Part shown: positions 14,330-29,085 of the stretch, one piece after another | Layout of the letters: each line of letters starts with the position of its first letter | Position numbering within the stretch: the first letter of the stretch is position 1 | DNA from: the human T2T-CHM13v2.0 reference genome, Homo sapiens | Length of the DNA stretch: 64,000 nucleotides | Reading direction: 5' to 3' (one strand) | NCBI RefSeq assembly: GCF_009914755.1 | Contig: NC_060947.1 | Translations under genes and position numbers: made by a program | Notes under the pieces: model-generated | Database searches by the model: none | Told to the model about the DNA's origin: nothing | Seen by the model: the letters and a program-made list of their open reading frames with translations, nothing else

Positions 14330-17300
14330 TAAGTATACAATGCAGTATTGTTAACTATAGGTGCTATGCTGTACAGTAGATAACTAAGTGTTCACTGATG
14401 GACGAGTGAATAAAGAAAATATGATATACACATAAAGTGGATTATTATTCCGCCTTTAAAAAGAAGGAAATCATGTGACAACAGGGACGAACCTGGAGGA
14501 TATTAGGCTAAGTGAAATAAGCCAGACAAGAAGGACAAATGCATGATACTACTTACATGAGGAATCTAAAATAGTCAAACTCATAGAAGCGAAGAGTGGA
14601 ATGGTAGTTGCCGGGGCAGAGGAGAGGGGGAAATGGGGACTTTCTATCTGCACCTATTGCTTTTTTTTTCCTTGTAATTTCTTCTATTTCTCCTTCGTGT
14701 CTACTCCCCTTTCACCATTTTAATACTGTAATGTTGTTGAAATTAGTCAATTTTCACAGTTTTCCCTTACCTGTTTACTTGTCTATCCCCATTTACCATT
14801 TTACCACTTTTTCAGTTTGCCTCTGTCTCCTTTGCCATTTCCTGAATGTTTGGAATTAAAAGTTTTTGGTTACTAAGATGACCAACCACAGTTCCTTTTA
14901 GTAGCAATTTTTGTGTCCAGATTTCTACTATAATAGCCCACTAAACTTTAATCATTTCAGCTTTTGGGTTATTTGCATTTGGGGTAAATGGGTATTAAAA
15001 GTCCTCCCAAAGGCAAGTAAATGAGCCAGCGTCAAACTGGAATAATTGATTTTGCAGTGGTCCTTTCTTCTATAAACTCAATTTAGCTATTGACCTAGCA
15101 CGTTTGGATTTAGAATTTACATAGGAACACGTGTGAAAAATGATTAGGTCAAGAAGGCCCTACATGTTAATAGAAACAAATCCATTAACTGTGTGACAAA
15201 ACTACCAAAAATGTTACCTAGGAAATAAATACAACAGTAGTATGATTCTACACAGTTCTCACTCTCTCTACACCATTTGGCACGATAAACAGTCACTACT
15301 GAAGACAAACGAAGGTTTGTGGAAGTAGAAACAAGGTAATACTTGCCTGAAAATGTATCAAGAACGTTGACTATGAGTCCATGATGGTGAAAAGTGCTGG
15401 AAGGCCAGTTTTTGGACCCATAGGCCATCTTTCCCTTTCAATAATTATACCATTTAAGGTACATGGATGGAAAAAAGTATAAAGCAGTTCTGTTCACCAC
15501 CAAGAATCTTAGATAGTTCATAAAACCTAACATTTGCACTACAGAAAAATCCAAGTGGTGAGTGGGTCCGTGAAAATTGCTGTAAGATTAATTCAGCTAG
15601 GGAATAAATTGAGTAGATAGGTCATGATGAACTAAATTCACTGCTTGTTTCCTTTGGACATGCAAGGTCACATTTTTCTGGCTGTAAGCTTCTTTAGCAC
15701 ACTTTTTTTCAGATTACTTAGGTACAATTTTCCTGCCCTAAAATATGTTTTTATTCAGTAAAATGTAGGTTAGCAAATCAAAATCTTCACTTGGCTATGA
15801 ATTTTTCTTTTATGTACTCTGTTTTTAGGGAAAGAAGCAAATAAGAAGAAACCAAAACCAAACAGGTTTCCAAAAGCAGTTTCCCAGGGTATATCTCAGG
15901 TTCAGCCCAGATTTAGTCACTATCCTCTATCTCCAATGATCTTATTCAATAGAAGTCAGAGTACAGAAACACTGTGTAACTTTTAGTGATAGCAAGATTC
16001 AATCAGGTTCAGTCCACTGTGCTTACTAAGGCAAAAATGTATACGTACATTTTAAAAAGAGGTTAAAGAACATGGATAGAACAAAAAAAGTCTGTCTAGT
16101 ATAACTGTCCACTAAGCCAGAAAATTCAATTAACCAGAAACCCCATTTTCTGAGAATTCTAGTTAGTTGAAAATATCACTTTTGATTTTCACCTCTCATT
16201 TAATGAACTTAAAAACCTTAATGGTTTAGACATCAGTACTGGGTAGACGAATTAAATGTACTCTCTTCCTCCACAAGAAAAAGAACACTTTAGGTATAAT
16301 TGATGGAAATTGTGCCGGCTCAACCTTTCTAGTTAAAAGCACCGGCAAAGCAGCTGTCTCGGGCTTAATACATATGTATTTGTATTTCTGCACCTGGTCC
16401 TGGCACACAAGATGAGTGTCTCAAGAGCCAAAGACTTTATGTGCTTGCATCCCCAAACTATGTAATAGACCCCATTAAATTGGCTGGAGTTTATATTAGG
16501 TGTGGATAGGAGGAAATGCCATTGTGTTCAGTGGACTGATCACAATCTCTGTCAAGTCAGGAGAGAGAGAAGAGTGTTTGCTTTAAAATGCAGGGAAAGC
16601 TTTCAGATTTTCTGGCTTTGGTTGATGAAAATCTAGAGTAATTTTTGACACACAACAAAAACACATGGATGCTCTTCAAATATCCTTTTGGCCCCTCTAT
16701 AACGTTTGACCACATATTACTGAAATGGTTCAAAACTTGGATTTCAAACATCTAGGGTGTTGTCATGTTATAGCTACATTAATTACAACACTAAGTAGAC
16801 AGATATAAAATTTTAAGCATTCTTTCTAGACTTTTTCTGTAAACAAGTAGCTAAATTCTGAAAGATTGTTCATAATAATAATATGCACATATTCTACTCA
16901 ATATCTTTCATCTGTAGGCTGCGACTTCTTAGCAAAATGGTGATTATACTTTATAGAAAGGGAAATTCTATGAATTTACCTCTTGTATTTACAGAGGAGT
17001 GTCATGCTAAAGGCAGGAAGTAAAGGGGCCTTGCCTGGTCCTCATAGGCCTGGTCAAACAAAGCATGGAATATTTTTGGCCACTCCTAGATAATGAACCT
17101 TGAAATATAACATTGCCACTAGTCCCAAATAATACTGTGGCCTTCCTGTGATGCTTCAGTCTCAGGTGGTCTGCCTGAGAGGGGACACTCTATGCAATTA
17201 ACCTTCTGATAGGTGCTGAGGACTCATTCAGTGCTCTCCCTTTGTGCTAGGGGTTGTGGTCAACACAAGATTTCTGGATCCTGCCCTTGAGTTCACAACT

Positions 17301-17589
17301 GAGTTGAATCAAGCTATAAGACTAATACACATTTTTAAAAATGCATAAAATGTGCACGAGTATGAGTTCAATTATATCGTGCAGCCTGTGCTTGTCTCCA
17401 CCTTCAACCATCTAGTCCAAACCTCGAAGCTGTCTTCTAAGAGGCTCAGAGGACTTATGATCTCATGTAGTCTCATTAGCTCTATGTGAAGTAGGGGAAG
17501 AAAAGGCTATTCCTCTTTTACAATTGAGAAACAAATAGGAAATCTACCCCAGAGCACTTAAGGAGTTGGCCAAACGTTGCAGAGCGTTG

Positions 17590-18212
17590 CAGAGCCTCTG
17601 GCAGTCCCGTACTCCTCCTGCTGTCTGTCCCCTCCTGGGTCGCACACTTTACACTGCTAATTAGACCTTCCTAAAGCACAACCCTGACAATATCACTACC
17701 CTGCTTGAAAGCCTCTCAGTAGGTCCCCATGCCCACAGGAAGAAAGATCCTTTCTTTTGCGTAGTATGCAAGGCCCTTCATAATTTTGTCCCTGCCTACT
17801 TCTCAGTCCTCTTATCTCACTATTGCCCTCAAGTACTCAAAGCTTAACCACACCAAACTTTTCTCTCACTTTCTAAACATAAAATGTTCTTCAAGCCTCT
17901 GGGCCTTTGTACATGCATAGTTTTGGACTTGTAGAATGACTTCCATCTCCTCTGATGAACTCCTACTCATCCTTTAAGATACAGCTGTGAAGACATCTCT
18001 GAAGTTCCAGCTTCCTTTCCCAGGCAAAGAAAGTTGATCCCTCTTTTTGTGCTCCAGCAGTTTATTCAAACCTCTACCATAGTACTTCTCAAACTAGTTT
18101 GCAATGATTACTTCTTGTACTTGTCTTCTCCACTAGACTACATACTCTTGGAGAGCAAAGACTGTATATTATTCACCTTTGGTACCTAGCACAGTGCTTA
18201 GCACATGCTATG
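17590..18212 (+). mobile_element. L2 3' portion
   Basis: CT-rich L2 body ending gtacctagcacagtgcttagcacat. Confidence 0.75.
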
Positions 18213-18233
18213 CTTTAAACTTTTTCTAATTAC

Positions 18234-18533
18234 TTTTTTTTTTTTTTTGAGACTGAGTCTCTCTCTGTCATCCAGGCTGGAGTGCAGTGGCATGATCTCA
18301 GCTCACTGCAACCTCTGCCTCCTGGGTTCAAGTGATTCTTCTGCCTCAGCCACCTGAGTAGCTGGAACCACAGGCGTGTACCACCACACCTAACTAATTT
18401 TTTTGTATTTTTAGCAGAGCCAGGGTTCTGCCATGTTGGCCAGGCTGGTCTCAAACTCCTGATTTCAGGTGATCTGCCTGCCTTAGCCTCCCAAAATGCT
18501 GGGATTACAGACATGAGCCACTGCGCCTGGCCA
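18234..18533 (-). mobile_element. AluS
   Basis: Poly-T plus reverse Alu dimer. Confidence 0.93.
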
Positions 18534-18939
18534 AGTTTTTTTTTAATTTTAAAGATTTTATAGGAATTGTAAAATGCCTAGAGAATGAAGAAGAATATTT
18601 GTATTATTTATCTTGAATAAAAGAGAAAAATAACCTCCAGATTATACATTTACAAATTAAAATGTAATAAACTAGAGAAACACTGGAACAGATTATTTTA
18701 AAAATGTACTGGTCAGTACCAAAATCAGGAAGCTTTAAGGGCCTGTGACCCATTGTTCAACTGTCCCCAGTCATAAACAAAAAGAGAAACAAAGCATGGA
18801 TTTATGTAGAGGCTGATCCTGGGTCAAGAGTCACACCATTAACCATTTTCTTTTAAGTGATAGATGAGAAACTTTTCATTAAATAGGTCCAAAAATAAAG
18901 TTAGATGTGGTAGTATTGTTTGGTAAACACACTTAAAAT

Positions 18940-19110
18940 GGAAATGACTTGAATCAGTTGGCAAAGTGGGTGGCTATCACCAGCGTGAAATTTAATACTG
19001 AAACTCAGAAGGTAATTCACTGATGTGAAACAGATCAGGAGGGTGGAAGATATGATGTAAGGTCATATTTGAAGTGGTTCTGAGTACTGCAGGATAGCAA
19101 TATAGGCTGC
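18940..19110 (+). mobile_element. CR1/L3 LINE RT-end remnant
   Basis: 18946-19011 translates DLNQLAKWVAITSVKFNTETQK, resembling the CR1 RT C-terminal DLxxLxxW...MKFN motif. Confidence 0.5.
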
Positions 19111-19804
19111 ACAGACCATCTAGCATCAAGATGAATCTATGAAATAGTTTCTTTAACTTACGGATGCTGCCTGAAACCGGTGGACAGGCTTTAAATGTAG
19201 AAATAACCACTTGGTGGTACATTTGTCTTTATAGTGACAGGCACATGTATAAATGGTGATTGTTGTCAGTAGGGTCATCTTTGAAAGTTGAAGACAGAGA
19301 TATAAGAGATATAAAAACAGCATGAAGGAATATTAAGAGTAAATTCCTGGTCACTGTGCATGTTCAGGCACAGGTTAGATTAGTAGTTTTCAAACTTTTC
19401 TTAAGCAGCAGAAGTTTTTCTCAAATAAAATTTTATGTGGAATCCCAATACATAAAACAAACAAAATCAGCTTTGCTCTGGTTAAAGTAGGGGCTGGTAA
19501 AGTGAGTAGAGAGTGGGCATTTGGAGGTCCAGAACCCTATGTATTTAGCCACCCCTTTACTTCCTATAGTTACTGTTGAGGCACCTCTAAGAAATTTCTG
19601 AGATAGGTGCTTATGGCAAAGGTTTCTATATGGACAGAGAGGTTAGAACAGATGACTTCTATTGTTTCGGCCTCCGAAAGTCTGTAATATGATAAGCCTC
19701 TCTTTGATACTCAGGACCAGTCCAAAAATTAGAATTTTATTCCACTTACAGAAGAGGCTAGGAGAGGTCAATCCAAATAACTTGAGGGCTTGAGAAATAA
19801 TCTT

Positions 19805-20313
19805 TTTTTAAAAAAATTGAGGTATATTGGATAATTAAAAATGATATATATTCAGGGTATACAATATGATGATTTGAAATACATATACACTGTGAAATAA
19901 CCACCACAATCAAGCTAATTAACATATCCATCACTGCAGATAGTTACCACTTTTTGTGATGAGAAGACTTAAGATCTACTCTCTTGGCAGATTTCAAGTA
20001 TACAATAAAGTTATTATTATAGCCACATTGTTGTACATTAGCTTTCCAGAACGTATTCATCTTGTGTACCTGAAACTGTATCCCCTGACCAACATCTCCC
20101 CATTTCCCCCTTCTCTACCCCTGGTAACCGCCATTCTTTTCTCTGTTTTTGAGTCTGACCTTTTTAGATTTCACATATAAGTGAAATCACGTGGTACTGA
20201 TTTAGCTCATTTAGCCTAATGCCCTCCAGGTTTATTCATCTTGTCACAAATGGTAGGACTTCCTTCTTTTTCAAGGCTGAATAATATTCCATTGTGAATA
20301 TATACTACATTTA
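19805..20313 (-). mobile_element. L1MA8/9-like 3' fragment
   Basis: Reverse L1MA 3'UTR; TSD agaaataatctt at 19793-19804 and 20314-20325. Confidence 0.88.
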
Positions 20314-20389
20314 AGAAATAATCTTGAGGAAAACTGGGCTTACTTAACAGCAGGGCATGGATAACAAGAAGCCCCTTCCCTTCCTTCCT

Positions 20390-21030
20390 CCCTCAACATG
20401 CAAATTTGTATTGAGTACTCTGTTCTACACTCTGGGAATAATGATGAACAGGACAGATAATACCTCATTCTCAAGGATCTTTCAGTGTGTGTGGGGGGGG
20501 GGGTGGGGGGGAAGTATGTGGAACAGATGATAAATAGGTAAGCAAACAACCAAATAAGAAAACAGCCCTATTGTGACAAGCAATGTTGCAAAGATAACAC
20601 ACAGGAATGTGATAGAGCAGTGGGGTGTGTAGGGCTTAGATAGGTCAGTCCAGTGAAAGCTTCTCTGAGGAGGTAGCATTTAAATAGAGACCCAAAAGGT
20701 GAAAAGAAACTCATCCATACTGAGATGGAGAAGTCTTCAGGACTTTTTGGACATACTTAATGAAAAGTTCACTGGTCTATCACTTTTTAAAAGTGCAGAG
20801 GGACTAGCACTGCAAAAGGTCTGAGGCAGGAAAAAACTTCCCTGGTCTGAGAAGCTGAAAGGCAGCCAGTATGGCTGAAACACAGGTAATGAAGGACAGG
20901 GGTACAAGAAGCTGTCTGATGGGACATCACAGGGGCTTGTAGGCCACTGCAAGGAGTTTGGATTTTACTTTCAGTGAGATGAGAAGCCATTGGAGGGTTC
21001 TGAGCAGAGAAGGGATGAGATCTGATGTAA
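20390..21030 (-). mobile_element. L2
   Basis: Typical reverse L2 (ggggcttgtaggccactgcaaggagtttggatttt...gagaagccattggaggg). Confidence 0.8.
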
Positions 21031-21869
21031 ACTATCTTTTAGTCTATCATTAGTACCAGGCAGAATGGGCTAAACTGCATCAGGAGAAATTTATTAACAG
21101 TAAGACAGGAAATTTGCGAGACAGAATTGTTGCCAAGAAAGGTTAATGAGTTTAGTTTAATGGTATAAAGCTAATTTCTTGGTGTGACTTAACAAGTAGC
21201 CAGAAAGAGCTTCTTTAGCTTTCTTAAGGTTGTCAACTTTGGCAATTTACCTGTAGTGTCACAGTCACCGGGAAAGCTGAGGCTCATATTTAAATCTTCT
21301 GATTCTTGTTTTTTTTTTTCACTAAGTTAATTGCATCTAATTGTTTACAGCAAAGCAGTAAAAGATGGCAAAAAGTAGAAATACAGCATTCCCTTTCTTA
21401 AGGGCTTCTGAAAATTCCATCTTTCTCTGTAAGAACCTGCCTGAGTACTTACGAGTTTAGCATGTTTAGTTTCCTCTTAGCATCTGACCCCTTTCTGCCA
21501 TTTTCTCTGCTTTCAAAGCTAGGACAGCCAAGTGCTTTTGGAAAAAAACCCACAAAACTATAACTGCAGACACACATTAAACACTTATGGTTCCCATCAC
21601 AGGTGGGCCTTCAAGGATGTTCAGCACTTCTTCTAATTGTCTTTTTCTCATTCATTACAGTGGACATTATAAACTTACTAAGAACAAAGACTCCTTGCTT
21701 AAAATTCCGTCGCATTTAGAATAAAATCCAAAGCCCCATGGTCCATAAGGCCTTGTATGATGTGGCCTATGGCAACTTCTCTGTCCTCTTGTGCCACTGT
21801 CCAAATTACTCACTTTGCTCCAGGCACACTGGCTTTCTTGTTGTTCCTCAGAAGCTTCTAATGGATAAT

Positions 21870-24800
21870 GGCGTGCATTTGCAGTTATATGGTTTGCTTT
21901 TGAGGAACTGCCAAACTGCTTTCCAAAGTGGCTACACCATTCTACAGTCCCACCAGCAATGTATGAGGATTCTAATTTCTCCATGCCTTCATGTACATTT
22001 GTTATTATCTGACCTTTTGATTCTAGCCATCTTAGTGAAGTGGCATCTCATTGTGGTTTTAATTTGCATTTTTCTAATGACTAATGATGTTGAGCATCTT
22101 TTCAAGTGCTTATTGGCCATTTATATTTTTTTTTGGATAAACATCTATTCAAATCTTCTGCCTATATTTGAATTAGGTTATTTGTCTTTTCATCATTGAG
22201 TTGTAAGAATTATTTATATATTCTGGACACATCTCTGATCAGAAATATAATTTGCAAATGCTTTTTCCCATTCTATTGGTTGTATTTTCACTTTCTTGAT
22301 GTTTTTCTCACTTTCTTTGAAGCCCAAAAGCTTTTAGTTTTGATGGTCAATTTATCTATATTTTCTTTTTTTTTGTACTTTCTGTGACATATCTGAGAAA
22401 GCTTTGCCTCACCCAAGGTCATGAAGACTTACTCCTATGCTTTCTTGTAAGACTTTCACAGTTTTAGCTCTTACATTTTGGCCTATGATCCATTTGGAAT
22501 TCATTTTTATGTATGGCTTGAGGTAGGGATTGAAATTCATTCTTTTGCATGTAGATCCTAGTACCATTTGTGGAAAAGACTGTTCTTCCCTTATGAATTG
22601 TCTTAGTACTTTTGTTGAAAGTCAGTTGATCATAAATGTGAGGGTTTATTTCTGGACTCCCAATTCTATTCCACTGGTCTGCGTGTCTATCCATATGCCA
22701 GGACCACATGGTCTTGATTACAGTGTGAGTCCTTCAAATTTGTTCTTTTTCAAGATTATTTTAGTTGTTTTGGGGTCTCTTGCATTTCCATATGAATTTT
22801 AGGATCAGCCTGTCAATTTCTACAACAAGCCAGCTGGAATTTTGATAGAGATTGTGTTGAATCTTTAGGTCAATTCGGGAGTATTGCCATCTTAACAATA
22901 TTAAGTTTTCTGATCCATGAACATGAGATCTCATTATACATTTTTTACATGATTCATAGTTATAAGGAACTAATGTAAAATAATTTTAAAATGTGAGATC
23001 AAATGAATTTTTAACAGCTTGATTTAGGTATAATTTAGATACCATAAAGTTCACTCATATTAAGTATACAATTCAATGATTTTTAGTGAATTTACTGAGT
23101 TGTGCAATTCATCATCATAATCTCGTATTAGAATATTTTCACCATTCCAATAAGATCCCTCATGCCCATTTATAGTTAATCCCTGCTGTCATCCCTAGAC
23201 CCAGGCAACCCCTCATCTTCTTTCTGTCTCTGTAGATTTGTCTTTCTAGACATTTCATATAAATGGAATTATATAATATGTGATGTGGTCTTTTTCTATC
23301 TGTCTTCTTTCACTTAGCATCATTTTTTTAAATTAGTATAGTTCTGGGGAACAGTTTCAGATTTACAGAAAAATTGAGCAGATAGAGCAGAATTCCCATA
23401 TATCTTCTTCCCTGCACACAGCTTTCCCTATTATTAACATTTTGTATTAGCGTGATATGTTTGTTTCAATATTGACCCATAATTATTCATTAAAGTCCAT
23501 AGTTTATAAGAGGGTTCACTCTTAGTGTTATATAGTTCTATGACTTTGGACAAATACATGATGCCATGTATCTACCATTACAGAATCATATAGAATAGTT
23601 TCGCTGCTCTAGAAATCCCCTGTGCTTTAGCTATTCATCCCTCCTCTCTTCCCTTCCTCTCCCCACCAAGCCCTTGACAACCATTAATTTCTTTTACTGT
23701 CTCTATAGTTTTGCCTTTTCCAGAATATCAAATAGTTGGAATCATACAGATTGGCTTCTTTCACTCAACAATATACATTTAAGTTTCCTCCATGTCTTTC
23801 AGGGCTTAATAGCTCATTTTAAAAATTGCTGAATAATAGTGCATTGTATGAATGTAACACAGCTTAGTTATCCATTCATCTACTGATGGACATTTTGCTT
23901 GCTTCCAGATTTTGACAATTATGAATAAAGCTGCTATAAACATTTGTGTATACGTTTTCATGTGGACATACATTTTCAAGTCAATTGTGTAAATAACCTA
24001 GGAGCACGTTTGCTGAGCATAATGTTTTTGAGGTTCATTCATGTTGCATTCCTTTTTAATTCCCGAATAGTATTCCTTGTATGGATATCTCACATTTTGT
24101 TTATACATCCACTAGTTGATGGTCATTTGGGTTGTTCCACTTTTTGGCTATAATGAATAGAGCTGCTATGAACATTTATGTGCAAGTCTTTGTGCAGAGG
24201 TATGTTTTCACTGGGTAGATACCTAGGAGTGGAACTGCTGGGATATATGATAAATTTATGTTTAACTTCTTAAGAAACTGTCAGATTGTTTTCCAAAGTA
24301 GCCGTACCATTCTACATTCCCACCAGCAATGTATGAGGGTTCCTATTTCTCAACATCCTTGCCAACACTTATTGTCTATCTTTTTGATTACAGCTATTCT
24401 AGTGGATGAGTAATGGTATCTCATGGTAGTTTTCATTTGTGATTTCCTACTGATTAATGATACTGAGCATCTTCTCATTTGCCTATTAGGCCATTTATAA
24501 ATTTTCTTTTTTTGAGATAGGGTCTCACTTTGTCACCCAGGCTGTAGTGTAGTGGCACGAACATGGCTTACTGCAGCCTCAACCTCCCGGGCTCAAGTGA
24601 TCCTCCTGCCTTAGCCCCTCAAGTAGCTGGGACTACAGGAATGTGCCACCACACCCAGCTAAGTTTTGTATTTTTTGTAGAGATGGGGTTTCACCACGTT
24701 GCCCAAGCTGGTCTTGAACTCCTGAGCTCAAGTAATCCATCTGCCTCAGCCTCCCAAAGTGCCGGAATATACAGGCCAGGCTTCAGTGAGCAGCTGCACC

Positions 24801-26250
24801 TGGCCCATATATTTTCTTTGACAAAGTATTTATTAAAATATTTTGCCCATTTTTAAATTGGGTTGTCTGTCTATTATTCAATTGTAACAGTATATTCTGG
24901 ATACAAGACTTTTATCATATATGAAATTTGCAAACATTTTTTCCTAGTCTGTAGCTTGTCTTTTAATTTTCAAAGATTGTCTTTTGAAGGGCAAGTTTTA
25001 AATTTTGATGAAGTTCAATTTATCAAATGTTTGTTTTATGGACCATGCTTTTGTTGTTATATGTATTAAATCTTTGCCTAACCAGCGTCTCAAAAATCTC
25101 CTATGTTTGTTTTTCTAAAAGTTTTTTTAGTTTTACCTCTTACATTTAGGTCTCTTTTCCATTTTGAGTTAATTTTTGTTTATGGTATTGAGGTAATGGT
25201 CTAATTTCATCATTTTGCATCTGCATATCCAATTGTCCCAGCATCATTTGCTGAAACTCATCATACATTTCATAGGCTTTAAAAGAACTGTTTTTTCCAA
25301 CTTTTTATTTTGAAAAATTTCAAACTTATGGAAGAGTTGAAAGAATAGTATGACAAGCAATCATATACCTTTTTGCCTAGATTCACCAATTGTCATAATT
25401 TTCCACATTTCTGTCTCTCTCTCACACACACTTTTTGCTGAGCCATTTGAAAGTAAGCTACAAATATGATGACATTTCACTCCTAAACACTTCATCATGC
25501 ATCTCCTAAGAAAAAGACTTCTACATTATCATGCCTAAGAAAATCAACATCAATTCAAGAATATCATCTAATATAGTCTGTAAATTTCCCAAATCATTCC
25601 AAAAATGTCTTTAATAATTGTTTAAGATTTCTCTCCAATTCAGAATCCATTCAAGGTTGACACATTGTATTTGAGTTCATTGTTTTCTAAAATCCAGAAC
25701 AATTCCTCCACCTTCTTTTGTTTTTCATGATAATGGCTTTCTGAAGAGTCCAGGCTAGTTCACTTGTTGGATATCCCACACTCTAGGTTCATCTAATTGT
25801 TTCTTCATAAACATTTCTGGCAAGAATATTTCATAAATGATGCTTTGTACTTCATCTGAGATCACATCAGAAAGCACGATGTCAGCTTGTCCTGCTACTG
25901 ACAATGCTGAGTTTAATAACTTGTTTAACCTGGTGACTGCCAGATTTTCCTATTGTAAATGTGCATTTTCCTCTTTGTAATTAGCAAGGAATCTGTGGGG
26001 TGATAATTTGAAACTGTGTGAATATCCTGTTCTCAAGGACCTTTCTGCTCAAAGGTTTTAGCATCCATCTGATGATCTTTGCCAAAATCAATTATTGTAC
26101 TGGGGGGCTGCAAAACAGTGATTTTTTTTTTAGTCTACCTTCTACATTTATTAGCTGCTGTTCTGCTCTAAAGTAGGTCTTTCTCCCTTTTTCCCCCTCT
26201 CTCTCGCTGTCTTTGGAGTAGCACTATAGACTATGCTATAATCCATTTCC
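21870..26250 (-). mobile_element. Cluster of nested old L1M fragments (L1MB/MC/ME-like)
   Basis: Several reverse L1 3'UTR/ORF2-end pieces (e.g. ORF 22464-22709 WSWHMDRHADQWNRI); L1MC-like insert at ~23330-24010; subfamily boundaries not resolved. Confidence 0.8.
24504..24805 (-). mobile_element. AluJ
   Basis: Reverse Alu with J diagnostics inside the L1 cluster. Confidence 0.92.
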
Positions 26251-27485
26251 TTCAATCTTTTCATAATTTCTTTAAAAATTATATATTTCTTAGGTTGGTC
26301 TACAGAAAAGGCAAGCAATGCATGCCAGTGGCAATGAGCATACCCAGTACCTAGATTTTGGTACTGAAATGCCATTCCCTACTAAAAGGAACCAGGATTT
26401 CTGAGAGAAACGGCTGATTCCAGGGCTGGAGCAGGGATAGTTCAGAAAACCAGGGAAACCTTGTTCACCAGAAATTAAAGGTGCTGAAAAACTGATGGGG
26501 TCATGTCACAAACACATAGGAGCCAGCTCAAAGGCCAAATTTGGGATAATTTGAGCACTAAAAACAAGTGCTTTTAAAATTACCCATATTTACTATAATT
26601 CTTCTTTTCTCTCTATCTGTCTCTGTCTCTCTCTCCCCTGCCTTTATTTCCTTATTGTTCATTTGCTCCTCAGCCTGTTCTTTTTACACCACTGTAAATA
26701 TGGCAGTAATCTTTGATTGCCAAATCCAACAGACCCATTCTCGGTCCTCAACATACTCAACTTCATTGTTGCTAATAACCACTTGCGCTCTCATGCTGGG
26801 CTAGCTTCTCTTCTCATCCAATCAGAGACAAATAATCCATACCCAGGTTCATGGCTTGCCACGGCCTTCCCAGAACAAGCAGAAAAAGAACTTAAAATTA
26901 TAGAAGAGGGAGACTCAGGTTCGAGAAGGATTGAGGCATTTGTGCTAGTGGCCACATTTTATCCGTCTCCCTATTTTCAGGGCTTACCCAGTGGGTGAAA
27001 CCCAACAGGCACACACAAATGTGGCTCACTCTCTGACACCTGGGGTAAGCCACTAAACCTCTCTGAACCTCAGGTTCTCCATATATACAGTGGTAATGAT
27101 AATAACACCAACACGAAGGAAGGGTTGTTTCAAGAACTTTCACGTGCATGCATACTTTGAACTCTAAAGATTATTCAAAAGTAAGAAATGAAAAAGTTTG
27201 TAACATTATCTCTGTTTGGTATTTCTTTCCACTCCTTCAAATTAAACTTGCCTTGACTCTACATCTCCCTCAAGCAATTGCCCATGTCTTTCCTTCTGTT
27301 GACTACAAAATGCCTTGCTTTCTCCACTTCCTTATTTCCCATTTATTCTGCAACTGTCTGTTCCACTGAAATGCCTTTTACCAGGCACATCAGTGATAGG
27401 TAATTTTTAATCTTCATCTTACTTGATTAGCATTTGACACTGGTAAACATACACCACATTATTGAGTTTTAAACAGAGTCATTGC

Positions 27486-27635
27486 CAGTGGTATGCCAGA
27501 GCCAGCTGGTAAGAGCCGATTGCTGCATATTAAAAATTTTGCAAGCCTTGGGGAGTATTTATATTACTAAAATTGACAACTGCTATAAATTGAGGCTTTA
27601 TTTTTTCAGAGAGCTGGTTTACCAACACAGTACTT
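27486..27635. mobile_element. hAT MITE (MER63-like)
   Basis: cagtggtatgccagagccagc...gagccgattg...ggtttaccaacacag resembles MER63 termini. Confidence 0.6.
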
Positions 27636-28584
27636 GTTACTGTTTTTATCAAGTAATATGTGCTCAGTAAAAAATATTCAACCTTTGACAAAAAATGTAA
27701 TGATCTGAAATCTCACTATCCAGAAAACAAACAAACAAAAAACACTATTTGCTAGGAAGCAAAGTTTTACTTAATGGAGACAATGCTACCCTGCTGTTTT
27801 ATAACCTTTTTACAATTTGTCATGGACACTTTCCACGTCAATAAGTGTAGAGCTCTGTCATCATTTTAAATGGCTGTACAATATTCCATTGTGTCTGTCT
27901 GCCATGATAATTCTTCTATTGTTGAATATTTTATGTTGCTTTTGCTATCATAATGCTAGGACCAATGTCATTATGTGTATTTAAAAAATACGTTTGTATA
28001 ATTTTCTATCTCTTTGGGGTAAATTCCCAGAAGTAAAATTGCTGTCTCACAGAATCGGCTTATTTTTCATTTTGATACATATTGCTAAACTGTCCTCTGG
28101 AAAGTACAAAAACATTTACATTCCCACCAATAAATATAAAACAGTACCTGTTTTCCCACAGCCATGGTAACATTGTGTCAATCTTTTAAATTTTTGCTAA
28201 TCTCATAGGCAAACACTAAAAACACATGATTTTGTTTTCACGTCTTTGACTGTTAGTGAAACTGAACATCTTATATTTATTATCCATTTGTATGTCTTTT
28301 GATAACTGCCTTTTCATGTCCTTTGCCCATTTTTCTAGTGTAGAAGACCTTTGCCTCTCACCCGTTTCTTAAAACACTTTCTTTCCTCTGATTCCTATAC
28401 ACTACTTCTTTATGGTTCCCTTCCTACAATGTTGCCAGTTCCTTCTCAGTTTCCTTCTCTGGTTTCCAATCCTCTGTTTGCCCCCTAAATGTTGATGCTC
28501 TCTTCTCTTCAGCTCTACCCACTTTTCCTCAGTGATCCCATCCACTCTTCTGATCTTAATTAAAATCTATAACAACATGAACAA

Positions 28585-28830
28585 TCCCAATAGTAATAGT
28601 GATATTAACGATTATCAAACCTTTATTGAGAATTTACTATGTGCTAGGGACTATAACTAGTGCTTATATGGAAAAGCTTAGTTATTCCTCACAGTAATCT
28701 TGTAAGGTAGGTTCTATCACCAATCTCCATTTTACAGATGAGAAAATGGAGTCAGGAATGTTGAACTGACTTATCCAAGGTCACAAAGTTAGTATGTAAG
28801 AGTTGGGACTCAAACTCAGGTCTTGTCTGA
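28585..28830 (-). mobile_element. MIR
   Basis: ccattttacagatgagaaaatggag...ttatccaaggtcaca...gggactcaaactcagg. Confidence 0.85.
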
Positions 28831-28865
28831 CACCAGGTAGGACTATATTCTGTATACCATACACA

Positions 28866-29085
28866 TCAGGGGTAGGCAAACTAGCCCACAGGCCAAACCC
28901 AGCCTGTCATGTGTTTCTGTAAATGAAGTTTTATTGGAACACAGCTATACCCATTCATTCCAATATTGTCTATGGCTGCTTTAACACTGCCACAGCAAAG
29001 CTGAATAGATATGACAGAAACTCTATGGCCTGTGAAGTCTAAAATACTAGCTGGACCATTACAGAAATAGTTTGTCTACTTCTGA
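28866..29085. mobile_element. MER58A-like hAT-Charlie MITE
   Basis: caggggtaggcaaact...gtaaatgaagttttattggaacacagc...gtttgtctacttctg. Confidence 0.8.
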
